A DNA stretch of 32,000 nt from the NCBI RefSeq assembly GCF_965196625.1, contig NZ_OZ239769.1:840001-872000 (forward strand), given 5' to 3'. Within the stretch, counting starts at the first letter, position 1, and every line of letters starts with the position of its first letter. The DNA is from Candidatus Saccharimonadota bacterium. Its GTDB lineage: Bacteria; Bacteroidota; Bacteroidia; Cytophagales; Amoebophilaceae. Shown here piece after piece: positions 17,278-25,949 of this stretch. Under the pieces are notes generated by a model. It was not told the origin of the DNA. It did no database searches and saw nothing but the letters and a program-made list of their open reading frames with translations. The translations under genes and the position numbers were made by a program.

Positions 17278-18669
17278 CTAACAGCTACAGATTGGATTAA
17301 TGATCCAACAAATTACAATATAATAAATGATTACGCCCAATAGCTCTACAGTTGTATTAATCGCAGGATTAGCCGCTACTGCAGGATCTCCATTAAAATA
17401 TTTAGCAGCCAACGGAAAAGCGGCTCCTATAAAAGCAGAAAAAATCACTTGTAAAACAATGCTCAGTGCCACTACAAACATCACCTGGCAGTTCCTATTC
17501 GTCTCTGGTTCTAAACTATAGGTTAAGAATACTTTAATATAAGCAAGAACAAATAAAACAGAAGCCAACATAATGGCAATCCTTAATTCTTTTAAAATAA
17601 TCCTAACCCAATCAGAGAGCGTAACCTGTCCACGATTCAATGCTTGGAGTACTACTGAGGCAACTTGACTCCCTACATTGCCTCCAGTATCCGTAACCAT
17701 ACTCAAGTAGAAAATCAAATTAAATGGAGTAAAAAAAGCACTTTTAGCATGGGTAAAAGCGTGTCCAATAATGCTGGCCATAAATACTACTACAATCCAT
17801 TTGATTCTTTTTTTAAGATGTTGTAGACTGGAAACCTTTAGATAATCTGGTGCATCTTCTTCTGAAGTAATACCCATAAATTTATCCATATCCTCAACCT
17901 GTTCTGCCCTGATAATATCTATGGCATCATCATAGCTTACAATACCTACGATTTGTTCTTCTTGATTGAGAATAGGAATAGCTACTAAATCATACTGTTC
18001 AATTTTTTTAGCAACCACTTCTTGATCTTCATCAACCGTAGCATAAACAAAGTTTACATTGAGTATCGTCTCTATTTTCTCTTTAGGAGAACGCATCACC
18101 AAATCCTTTAAAGAGATAAAGCCCACCAACTTCATCTTTTCATCTACCACATAGATATAATACAGCATCTTTTTAGAAGGTGCATCTTCACGGATTTTAG
18201 CAATGGCTTCTTCTACAGTCATTGAATTTAAGACCGTTGCAAAATCTGTATTCATAATACCTCCTGCCGTATCTGGTAAATAGGCATTTAGCATAATAAC
18301 ATCTTCCCGAACCTTTCTACTTAAATAGGGTAATAAATGCGCATGTTCTTTAGTACTCAACCGTTGGTAAAAATCAACACGCAAATCAGAGGGCATACAA
18401 GAAAAAAGCTTTGCAAAGCTACTTTTAGGAACATTATGGTAGATTTGCATCTGTAACTCATTATCGTTCAATAAGGCAAATATTTCCCCTTGTCGTGCAA
18501 TGGATAAGGTACTAAATATTCCTATAACCAATTCAAAAGATTGTTTTTCTAAGAACTTAGCAACCTCTATAGGCGATGCGCGCTCCAAACAATAGGCGAG
18601 TCGCTTCTCCTGCTGCTGTTTGAGTAAGCGAACCCACTTAAAAAACTTATTTTCTCCTTTTAGTTTCAT
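17278..18669 (-). CDS. mgtE: Magnesium transporter MgtE
   Basis: Architecture is N-domain, then a CBS pair (IYVVDEKMKLVGFISLKDL...IPILNQEEQIVGIVSYDD), then a 5-TM domain with DTGGNVGSQ. Confidence 0.9.
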   Translation of the reverse strand: MKLKGENKFFKWVRLLKQQQEKRLAYCLERASPIEVAKFLEKQSFELVIGIFSTLSIARQGEIFALLNDNELQMQIYHNVPKSSFAKLFSCMPSDLRVDFYQRLSTKEHAHLLPYLSRKVREDVIMLNAYLPDTAGGIMNTDFATVLNSMTVEEAIAKIREDAPSKKMLYYIYVVDEKMKLVGFISLKDLVMRSPKEKIETILNVNFVYATVDEDQEVVAKKIEQYDLVAIPILNQEEQIVGIVSYDDAIDIIRAEQVEDMDKFMGITSEEDAPDYLKVSSLQHLKKRIKWIVVVFMASIIGHAFTHAKSAFFTPFNLIFYLSMVTDTGGNVGSQVASVVLQALNRGQVTLSDWVRIILKELRIAIMLASVLFVLAYIKVFLTYSLEPETNRNCQVMFVVALSIVLQVIFSAFIGAAFPLAAKYFNGDPAVAANPAINTTVELLGVIIYYIVICWIINPICSC

Positions 18670-18967
18670 AATCGTAGTTTTTTGGCTTCATATGGCACAA
18701 ACATGCTGAACAAGCCTAGATGAGCAAATAGATTTGTAAAAAACCTAAAACCACGAGCGCAGCCAAAGGTTTCATATCATGAATAAAAAAGATATAGTTC
18801 CCAGACTAAAACATAGCCTCCATATATTCTAGCCACAAGTAGAGTCAAGAAGAAGGCTTAACGAAAGGTAAATTTAAGAGAATCTGAAGTAAATTACCAA
18901 TAAGTAGATCCAAATTTATAGCTACTATATGACCTAATAAATCACATAAACAAAAGGGGGGAGATGA

Positions 18968-18999
18968 TTTGGTTTACTAGATGAAAGAAAATATATTTG
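18968..18999 (+). promoter_or_regulatory. Candidate Bacteroidota sigma-A promoter for secDF (-33 TTTG / -7 TAnnTTTG)
   Basis: TTTG at 18968-18971, a 20-nt spacer, then TATATTTG at 18992-18999. This matches the published Bacteroides consensus TTTG-N19-21-TAnnTTTG. It ends 30 nt upstream of the secDF start (19030). This is a sequence match only. Confidence 0.35.
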
Positions 19000-19029
19000 C
19001 TCTAGTCTATATAAACCTATTTAAAGCCA

Positions 19030-21915
19030 ATGAAATCTAAAAAAATAGTATTTTTTCTCACCATTGTTATTACCTTACTTTCGCTCTATTATCTTTCCTT
19101 TACTTTTATAGACTACCGGGTGCGCCGCCAAGCGGAACAACAAGCAACGGATGAGCAGGGCAGAATAGACTTTGATAAAAGTCAGGCTTATTTAATGGAT
19201 ATATGGAAAAAACCTGTTTACAATCTGCTTGGATCCGTTTACACCTACGAAGAGGTCAAGGAACGCGCACTTAAACTAGGCTTAGACCTTCAAGGGGGGA
19301 TGCATGTAACCATGGAGCTGGTTCCTATCGAACTTGTAAAAGGACTGGCTGCTTATCATACAGATGCTGATTTCTTAAAAGCACTCCAATGGGCACAACA
19401 GGAACGAGAAAAAGGCAGATCAGCCTCTTTTGGAAAGCTTTTTGTAAGCGCTTATAAAAAGATTGCCCCAAATGGGAATTTGAGCGCTATTTTTACTACT
19501 GCTGGCGTAAGGGCTTATAACTTTTCTAGTGAGGAGGATATTATAAAAGCAATTGATCAAGAAGTTGCGAATGCATTGGATCGTTCGCTGACCATTATAG
19601 GTTCCAGGTTAGATCGTTTTGGTGCCACACAAACCAGCATGCAAAAACTACCTGGCACACAAAGGATTCAGATAGAGCTACCAGGGGTTACCAATCCGGA
19701 ACGGGTTAGAAAACTATTGCAAGGGGTTGCGCAATTGCGCTTTTGGACAGTAGCAGAAACGAATGTATATGGTCCAGCACTAGAGGCGATAGATGAGTTG
19801 CTACTCGCCAAAGAAAAGGAGAGCATAGCAGCAACCCTTCCAAAAGGGCTTACAGAAGAGGAAAAAGCAGCACGCATGCCTAAGGCGTCGATACTCAAAA
19901 GGCTTTGCAAATGTCCTTTTCCCTATGCACTAGCCTATGCGCCTAAAGAGATCAACCAAATAGAAGCCATACTGCAGCGCACAGAGGTTAAGGCTTTACT
20001 ACCTAAAGAAATCAGGTGGATGTGGGAAAAAAAAGCACAAACCCTAAAGGATGGAACAAAAGCGGTTATCCTTTATGCCATCCAACAACCTCAGGACAAC
20101 AAACCGCTTTTAGAGGGAGATATTATTACAAATGCAGCCCAAACATTTATTGAAAATGGAAAACTAGCTGTACATATACAAATGAATCAAAAAGGGGCAC
20201 ATAGGTGGAAGCGCATCACGGCAGCCCATATTGGCAAGCGCATCGCTATAGCTTTAGATGATCGGATCTACTCCGCACCAGTAGTCCATCAAGAAATCCC
20301 AAATGGTGACTCTCAGATATCTGGAAATTTTACTTTAGAAGAAGCGAAAGACTTAGCCAGTGTATTAGGCACAGGTTCTTTACCCGCTCCGCTTAGAATG
20401 GTTGAGGAAGCCATTATGGGGCCAAGTTTGGGTAAAGCAGCTCAAAACCAGGGGCTGATGGCCACAGCAATAGGTTTGGGTCTAGTACTGCTTTTTATGT
20501 TTGTTTACTATGCAAAGGGAGGCATGATCGCCAATAGTGCGCTTTTGTTTAATTTACTCTTTATTATAGGCATTTTGGCGGAGCTGGATGCTACTTTAAC
20601 CTTACCTGGTATTGCTGGTTTGGTGCTTACGCTTGGGATGTCAATAGATGCTAATGTTTTGATATTTGAACGGATCCGAGAAGAGCTTTCCCAAAAAGTG
20701 CATATTAAAGAAGCCATCTGCCGTGGATATGCCAAGTCATATAGCTCTATTATCGATGCAAATATTACTACGTTTCTTGCGGGCGCCATACTCTATTACC
20801 TAGGCCAAGGGCCGGTTCGTGGCTTTGCCCTTGTCTTAATGATTGGTATCATCACCTCTGTATTTGCCTCCATATTTATTACAAGGTTGATTTTCTCCTT
20901 CTTTATGGACAACCACCGTACCCTAAAGTTGACTTTTTCTTTTCCAGCTATGCCTATGCTGTTTAAAAACGTACGCATTGATTTTATTAAAAATCGCTAC
21001 CGTTTTTATGCATGCTCTTTATCATTTATAGCAGTGGGCGCTTTCTTCTTCTACCACTATAAAGGGCTTGCGTTAGGCGTTGATTTTGCGGGTGGCCGCT
21101 CCTACACGGTGCATTTTTCTAAGCCGATGGATGCTTCCTTGCTCAAGGATGGATTGTCTGCTCAATTGAAGCAAGGCGTAGAAGTGCGCACCTATGGTGC
21201 CAATAATGTAATGCAAATCACTACCAGCTATTTGAGTGATGAGGACGTTACAGCATCTGATCAAAAGGTACGCAATAAACTGGTAAAGGCATTAAAAGCA
21301 TGCACAAAATTAGAACAAGAAGATAGGGTTTCAGCCGGCAGTAGTTTTACGATTACCAGCAGTACCAAAGTAGGTGCTACTGTGGCACAAGACGTACAAA
21401 AAAGTGCAAAAAAGGCCATATTTCTTGCCATATTCGGTATATTTATTTATATTGTATTGCGCTTTAGAAGATGGGGATTTGGTTTAGCAGCTGTATTAGC
21501 GCTTATACACGATGCTTTGGCAGTCATAGCTGGGTTTTGTATAGCACGGGCTTTTGGCGTAAGCTATGAAGTGAATGAGGTGTTTTTAGCTGCTATGCTC
21601 ACTGTTATTGGCTATTCTATAAATGACACAGTAGTTATATTTGACCGCATAAGGGAAAAGTTGGCGAATAAGACTGCGCAAATATCCATAGCCATGGTTA
21701 ATGATGCAATTAAAGAAACGTTAAGTAGAACCCTTATTACTTCTTTCTCAACATTATTGGCTGTTGTTGTGCTCTTTTTCTTTGGAGGAGAAGCATTACG
21801 CAGCTTTTCGTTTGCATTGCTACTAGGTGTATTATTTGGCACTTACTCTTCTATCTGCATTGCAGCCCCCCTTTTAGCAGATTTTGGTCGCAAGTTTTCT
21901 ACTACTAAGCAGTAG
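19030..21915 (+). CDS. secDF: Protein translocase subunit SecDF (fused SecD-SecF)
   Basis: 961 aa. N-terminal TM, a large periplasmic domain, and two 6-TM RND-like blocks with SMDANVLIFERIREE (SecD) and SINDTVVIFDRIRE (SecF) motifs. The fused form is typical of Bacteroidota. Confidence 0.95.
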   Translation: MKSKKIVFFLTIVITLLSLYYLSFTFIDYRVRRQAEQQATDEQGRIDFDKSQAYLMDIWKKPVYNLLGSVYTYEEVKERALKLGLDLQGGMHVTMELVPIELVKGLAAYHTDADFLKALQWAQQEREKGRSASFGKLFVSAYKKIAPNGNLSAIFTTAGVRAYNFSSEEDIIKAIDQEVANALDRSLTIIGSRLDRFGATQTSMQKLPGTQRIQIELPGVTNPERVRKLLQGVAQLRFWTVAETNVYGPALEAIDELLLAKEKESIAATLPKGLTEEEKAARMPKASILKRLCKCPFPYALAYAPKEINQIEAILQRTEVKALLPKEIRWMWEKKAQTLKDGTKAVILYAIQQPQDNKPLLEGDIITNAAQTFIENGKLAVHIQMNQKGAHRWKRITAAHIGKRIAIALDDRIYSAPVVHQEIPNGDSQISGNFTLEEAKDLASVLGTGSLPAPLRMVEEAIMGPSLGKAAQNQGLMATAIGLGLVLLFMFVYYAKGGMIANSALLFNLLFIIGILAELDATLTLPGIAGLVLTLGMSIDANVLIFERIREELSQKVHIKEAICRGYAKSYSSIIDANITTFLAGAILYYLGQGPVRGFALVLMIGIITSVFASIFITRLIFSFFMDNHRTLKLTFSFPAMPMLFKNVRIDFIKNRYRFYACSLSFIAVGAFFFYHYKGLALGVDFAGGRSYTVHFSKPMDASLLKDGLSAQLKQGVEVRTYGANNVMQITTSYLSDEDVTASDQKVRNKLVKALKACTKLEQEDRVSAGSSFTITSSTKVGATVAQDVQKSAKKAIFLAIFGIFIYIVLRFRRWGFGLAAVLALIHDALAVIAGFCIARAFGVSYEVNEVFLAAMLTVIGYSINDTVVIFDRIREKLANKTAQISIAMVNDAIKETLSRTLITSFSTLLAVVVLFFFGGEALRSFSFALLLGVLFGTYSSICIAAPLLADFGRKFSTTKQ

Positions 21916-21983
21916 AAGCGAACCAAATACCAAAATCCATAACGCAATAGCCTATAATAGGCCTCACCCAAATAAAAAAAGGT

Positions 21984-23216
21984 ATGTCTATGAAAATGAA
22001 AACAATTATTCCTATTTATATGGTCTTAAATGGACTGGGAACGATGGTACCCACCATTCTAGTGATTGGTTTTGCCATCACTTTGTTTGAAAAGGATACA
22101 AGTGGCATTTCTGCAGCTTATTTAGAACCAGCTAGCTTATTAGGGATTGGTTTTGCTGGATTAATTGGAGGCTTTTTTTTCAAACGTTTTTCTTCCTATG
22201 CCATAGCGGTAGGCGCACTCTTATGTGCGACATCTACTTTGTTAATTTTGTCTCTATATAATGGTATTAATCTACGATACTGGACCATTACATTATGGGC
22301 ACTTGCCTGCATTATGAGCATTGAACACTCCAATGGCCTTGCTTTTATTAATAAACAAATAGGCACACATGACAAACCTTTCTTTTTTTCTACCTTTCAA
22401 ATTTTTTTGCAATTTTTTAATGTTTTAGCACCTATAGTAGCCAAAAACTTATTGGCCATTATGGGCTTAAAAATGCTTTTATTACTTTGTAGTTTTATCT
22501 ATATCTTGCGTATAATACCCTGGCAGCTATTCCGAAATTTTGGTGCAAAAAAGATGGCACTACAACCATCTGGCATGTTAACAGGCTTTAAAGAAATCGT
22601 TCAAAATCCTGGGTTATTACAGGTAACTAGTTTTCGGCTTGTGAGCTATATAGCAACTATAGCCTATACGGTCAGTTTACCAATTTTGGTAGCAAGAATT
22701 GCCAACGGGAATAGTCAAATCAACGCACAGTTGCATAGCTATAGCACCAGTATGATTCATCTAGGCTTTATTGTAAGTGGTATATGTGGTTCGTGGATCT
22801 TAAAAAGAAAACCTAAATGGATTATTCGTTTTTTTAACATCAGCCCTGTCTTTATCGTATTAGCTTCGATTACGGCTTTCTATGTAAAAAAACCATTTCA
22901 TCTTCAGGCAACTGCATTACTCTATGGTATGGGGCTTTATTTGCTCAGAACAGCTGTTTCTATTATAGGGCAAGCTTTAACTAAAAAAGACAAACTGGCC
23001 CATGTTATTTTAGTAGGAGATGCAGTAGTGAAATCTTTTGCGTATGGCATTGGTTCTTTGATACCATGCTGGATCGTCCTTCCGCCTGTATGGGGTATAG
23101 CACCTCCATTTGTAGGATTTGTCTTATGTTCTTTACTCTCACTGAGAATGATCAAACCAATTACCAAAATATATTTGGCCTCTTTATGCAAAAAAAATAA
23201 TGCAAAGTACAGCTGA
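21984..23216 (+). CDS. MFS-like polytopic membrane transporter, substrate unknown
   Basis: 410 aa with about 12 hydrophobic spans in a 6+6 arrangement and a basic central loop (RNFGAKKMALQPSG). No diagnostic substrate motif. Confidence 0.55.
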   Translation: MSMKMKTIIPIYMVLNGLGTMVPTILVIGFAITLFEKDTSGISAAYLEPASLLGIGFAGLIGGFFFKRFSSYAIAVGALLCATSTLLILSLYNGINLRYWTITLWALACIMSIEHSNGLAFINKQIGTHDKPFFFSTFQIFLQFFNVLAPIVAKNLLAIMGLKMLLLLCSFIYILRIIPWQLFRNFGAKKMALQPSGMLTGFKEIVQNPGLLQVTSFRLVSYIATIAYTVSLPILVARIANGNSQINAQLHSYSTSMIHLGFIVSGICGSWILKRKPKWIIRFFNISPVFIVLASITAFYVKKPFHLQATALLYGMGLYLLRTAVSIIGQALTKKDKLAHVILVGDAVVKSFAYGIGSLIPCWIVLPPVWGIAPPFVGFVLCSLLSLRMIKPITKIYLASLCKKNNAKYS

Positions 23217-23651
23217 AAAGTATATGGTCACCGGTAGCAATTGGTTAAAAACTGCTTGAATGTTGGATTATTGCTGGGATCATAGACAGATTTGATTTTT
23301 TTCCAATCTCCTATATCCCGCAACAATATACTTGCCCTCCTACTGACCAGGATTTCATCACTTGGATGAACTACATCTGATTTGCTATACAGCGCAGTGG
23401 TAGCCTTATGCAGGGTTTCTATATGAGATGGCTGAATGCATCAGAGGCTTTAGTACCTGACCCTATTAACATACCAGCTAAATGGCTAAGCGCAATCCCT
23501 TGTTTTTTTAATGGCTTAAGCTGAGACAATATCTTTTCATCAGTTAGTTTATGTAAGCAGTAGATCTATCCATAAACCACCTAATAAATTTGTATTAACC
23601 CCTATCATTGGTTAAGCAAATAACTCAAAAGCATGAACAGAAAGGCATAAC

Positions 23652-24296
23652 CTATTGCGTTAAATTGCTATGCTGTATAAAATTAACAGCAAGTTCTAAA
23701 CCTCTATAGTCTATCGAATGGGCAAGGCCATCTAATTTATGTCCACTACAGGGTACATTATGACCGGATAAGTATTGTATGGCATGATCCATTGCATCTA
23801 TGGTTACTACTGTATCCAACATGCCATGCACCAAACAAATGGGTGTAGTTGTATTGATGCATTGTGAAGGGGCCACCAATAATCCAGAAAATCCTACGGT
23901 AGATAAGAAAGGCTCCGCCTGTATAAGTGTTAAATATATACCCATCATAGCGCCCTGTGAGAACCCAATAATAATGGTATCTTTATTAGTAAGCTTTAAG
24001 GCAATTTGTTTTTGCTTAATGATGGCTGTAACGGATGCAACATTGCTTTCTAACAATCGCTTCATGACATATGGCGTTCGATCTTGTAGACTAAACCATT
24101 GTCGCCCATAGGCGGCCATATCATATGGTTCTACCCCATGGGGAGCTATAAAGTGACAATCTGGCAAATGGTCTTTAATATATGGAACCAATTTGATTAA
24201 ATCATGCCCATTAGAACCAACACCGTGCAATAATACTACTAATTTTTCTACTGGTAATATTTTACTATGTACTTCAGGATGTATTAAATTACCCAT
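23652..24296 (-). CDS. Phospholipase/carboxylesterase-family alpha/beta hydrolase
   Basis: [14 protein letters not shown], nucleophile elbow GFSQGAMM, later VHGMLDTVV and GLAHSI (Ser-Asp-His order). 214 aa, typical of the Abhydrolase_2 family. Confidence 0.8.
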   Translation of the reverse strand: MGNLIHPEVHSKILPVEKLVVLLHGVGSNGHDLIKLVPYIKDHLPDCHFIAPHGVEPYDMAAYGRQWFSLQDRTPYVMKRLLESNVASVTAIIKQKQIALKLTNKDTIIIGFSQGAMMGIYLTLIQAEPFLSTVGFSGLLVAPSQCINTTTPICLVHGMLDTVVTIDAMDHAIQYLSGHNVPCSGHKLDGLAHSIDYRGLELAVNFIQHSNLTQ

Positions 24297-24422
24297 TATT
24301 GATTTGCTGTTATTTTAAGTTTGAAAGGATTATAGCCTTGATATAAATTAGAACCGTGGAGGCATGTATTATACATTTTATACATTACTTTAACTTTATC
24401 CTTGATTAATTATAATTAAATA

Positions 24423-25061
24423 ATGGAAAAATCAATAGTTAATAAAATTTTTGAGACTTTAAGGGATACAAACCAAAATCCTACCACAGAACTAGTCTAT
24501 AAAAATGGGTTTACCTTATTAGTAGCCGTAATATTATCTGCACAAGCTACAGATATATCGGTAAATATAGCAACAAAAGCTTTATTTGAACGATGTGATA
24601 CACCAGAGAAAATGGTATGCCTTGGAGAAGAAGGATTAAAAAAGTATATAAAATCTATTGGACTGTTTAACCATAAGGTCAAAAATATTATCGCCCTATC
24701 TAAACTATTAATCAACCATTATGATAGCCATGTGCCTAACAACTTTAAGGCACTTTTGCAACTACCAGGCGTAGGAAGAAAAACAGCCAATGTGGTATTA
24801 AATTGCTTGTTTAATGCGCCAACTATTGCAGTGGATACCCATGTATTTAGAGTAGCCAAAAGGATTGGACTAGCAAATGGCATGACACCTGAAAAAGTTG
24901 AGCGTGAGCTATTAAAAACGATAGATCAAAAATGGCATAGAAATGCACACCATTGGCTTATACTACATGGGAGATATATTTGTAAAGCACGAAAACCGAA
25001 CTGTACAATTTGCCCTATTAAAGCATATTGCGGCTATTATAAAGCCAGTCTTAAAACTTAA
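24423..25061 (+). CDS. nth: Endonuclease III (DNA-(apurinic or apyrimidinic site) lyase)
   Basis: HhH-GPD motif [13 protein letters not shown]...VDTHVFRV and a C-terminal 4Fe-4S ligand pattern [17 protein letters not shown]. Confidence 0.95.
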   Translation: MEKSIVNKIFETLRDTNQNPTTELVYKNGFTLLVAVILSAQATDISVNIATKALFERCDTPEKMVCLGEEGLKKYIKSIGLFNHKVKNIIALSKLLINHYDSHVPNNFKALLQLPGVGRKTANVVLNCLFNAPTIAVDTHVFRVAKRIGLANGMTPEKVERELLKTIDQKWHRNAHHWLILHGRYICKARKPNCTICPIKAYCGYYKASLKT

Positions 25062-25082
25062 ATATTAGCAAAAAAACTACCT

Positions 25083-25102
25083 GTTCACCCAATGGGGTCA
25101 AC
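25083..25102 (+). terminator. Weak hairpin 22 nt downstream of nth, a possible intrinsic terminator with no U-tract
   Basis: GTTCACCC-AATG-GGGTCAAC: 7 pairs with one C:C mismatch, followed by TTAAGG. Structure only. Confidence 0.2.
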
Positions 25103-25206
25103 TTAAGGAAAATCTATTCTAGCAAAGAGATGTAAGTGGATCGTTAGGATACTCCTTCACCCATGGCCACCGATAAAAAGCTGGCGCGCAGCAAAAGCAA
25201 TGAAAC

Positions 25207-25289
25207 GAATGTTGTTCAGCGGGAAAAACAGAACCCACCCGTTGTGCGGGCTCAAACAGCTGTTTTTCTGATCCGCTGAATAACAGTTC
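25207..25289. repeat. Long imperfect inverted repeat (~25 paired positions) enclosing a small GC hairpin, inside a locally GC-rich island
   Basis: Helices GAAAAACAG (25223-25231) / CTGTTTTTC (25260-25268) and TTCAGCGG (25215-25222) / CCGCTGAA (25273-25280). Outer pairs run 25207-25214 with 25281-25289. Apical CCCG-TTGTG-CGGG at 25238-25250. Local GC looks near 50% by eye, against roughly 30-35% in the flanks. Confidence 0.8.
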
Positions 25290-25298
25290 GTCAGAAAA

Positions 25299-25514
25299 CT
25301 ACAAGCTTACTGAAGCGCTAATAAGAAAGGTATCGTTATTGTGCATAGGTATGATCCTATTACCACCACTCATTTCTGCCTGAGTATTGAATTCATGCAT
25401 AGGTATAATGCTGGTAGGTATAATCTTATCACCACCACCTATGAATTGGGTTTGGGTTTGAATAGATAAATCAAATGTGCTGAATTTATCTAAAGTTAAT
25501 TTATTTGTTCTCAT
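25299..25514 (-). CDS. Small secreted-peptide precursor candidate with a Bacteroidota-style double-glycine (GG) leader and an internally duplicated core
   Basis: MRTNKLTLDKFSTFDLSIQTQTQFIGG|GDKIIPTSIIPMHEFNTQAEMSGG|NRIIPMHNNDTFLISASVSL. The leader pattern KL.L.KF....LS.....IGG resembles GG-type bacteriocin / natural-product leaders. The core repeats GG-[DN][KR]IIP...MH. A 71-codon open frame in AT-rich intergenic DNA is unlikely by chance. No processing or export genes are adjacent. Confidence 0.45.
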   Translation of the reverse strand: MRTNKLTLDKFSTFDLSIQTQTQFIGGGDKIIPTSIIPMHEFNTQAEMSGGNRIIPMHNNDTFLISASVSL

Positions 25515-25540
25515 AGGAATAATAATTTAATTGTTAATTA

Positions 25541-25568
25541 AAACACGCACTAAACACGCCACTAAACA
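25541..25568. repeat. 2.4 tandem copies of an 11-12-nt unit, 27-54 nt upstream of the GG-peptide start codon
   Basis: AAACACGCACT / AAACACGCCACT / AAACA on the + strand, which is (A)GTG(G)CGTGTTT in the direction of the peptide gene. Confidence 0.7.
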
Positions 25569-25949
25569 TATGCTGTATACATTAACTATATTTCCGACAC
25601 CCTAACTATGCGTGCATTTGCATACTAAAAAAATAAATAATTAAATACAAGTAATGCTGCCAAAAAAAAGCTATACCCATGCTTTAAAACTAAATTGTAC
25701 CAATTAGCAATACATACACACATAATACAGTAAGCTTAAAACGGTTTGATGGTTCATAATAAAATTTCAAAGGTGCAGTAATTTACATTATCGCACATAA
25801 TTTATTATGTTTGTAGGCCTATCCGCTCGTTAGCGGGCAATAAATCATATAAGCAAAAAATGTGCATTATCAATAGGCCATTATACCATAATATGGTTAA
25901 ACTTGAATGAATCATCTGCCTAAAAGATGGATATAAGAATTTTGAAAGC

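Noticed and set aside
18670-19029. Possible Mg2+ (M-box) riboswitch in the 360-bp leader region upstream of mgtE
   Set aside because: Reading the minus strand, I found none of the conserved M-box core segments and no extended helices. The region is plain AT-rich DNA shared with the divergent secDF promoter.
19668-21842. Several 60-93-aa antisense ORFs inside secDF, with similar ones inside htrA, cysS, E2, mgtE, the esterase, nth, acs and the sigma-54 activator
   Set aside because: Each is fully nested within a long, motif-supported gene on the opposite strand or in another frame, and none has a recognisable motif.
25163-25279. 38-codon + strand ORF (MATDKKLARSKSNETNVVQREKQNPPVVRAQTAVFLIR) in the GC-rich island
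   Set aside because: It is short, has no recognisable family, and coincides with the long hairpin and with the minus-strand in-frame extension. The open frame is as easily explained by locally elevated GC. It is discussed as one alternative under the hairpin finding.
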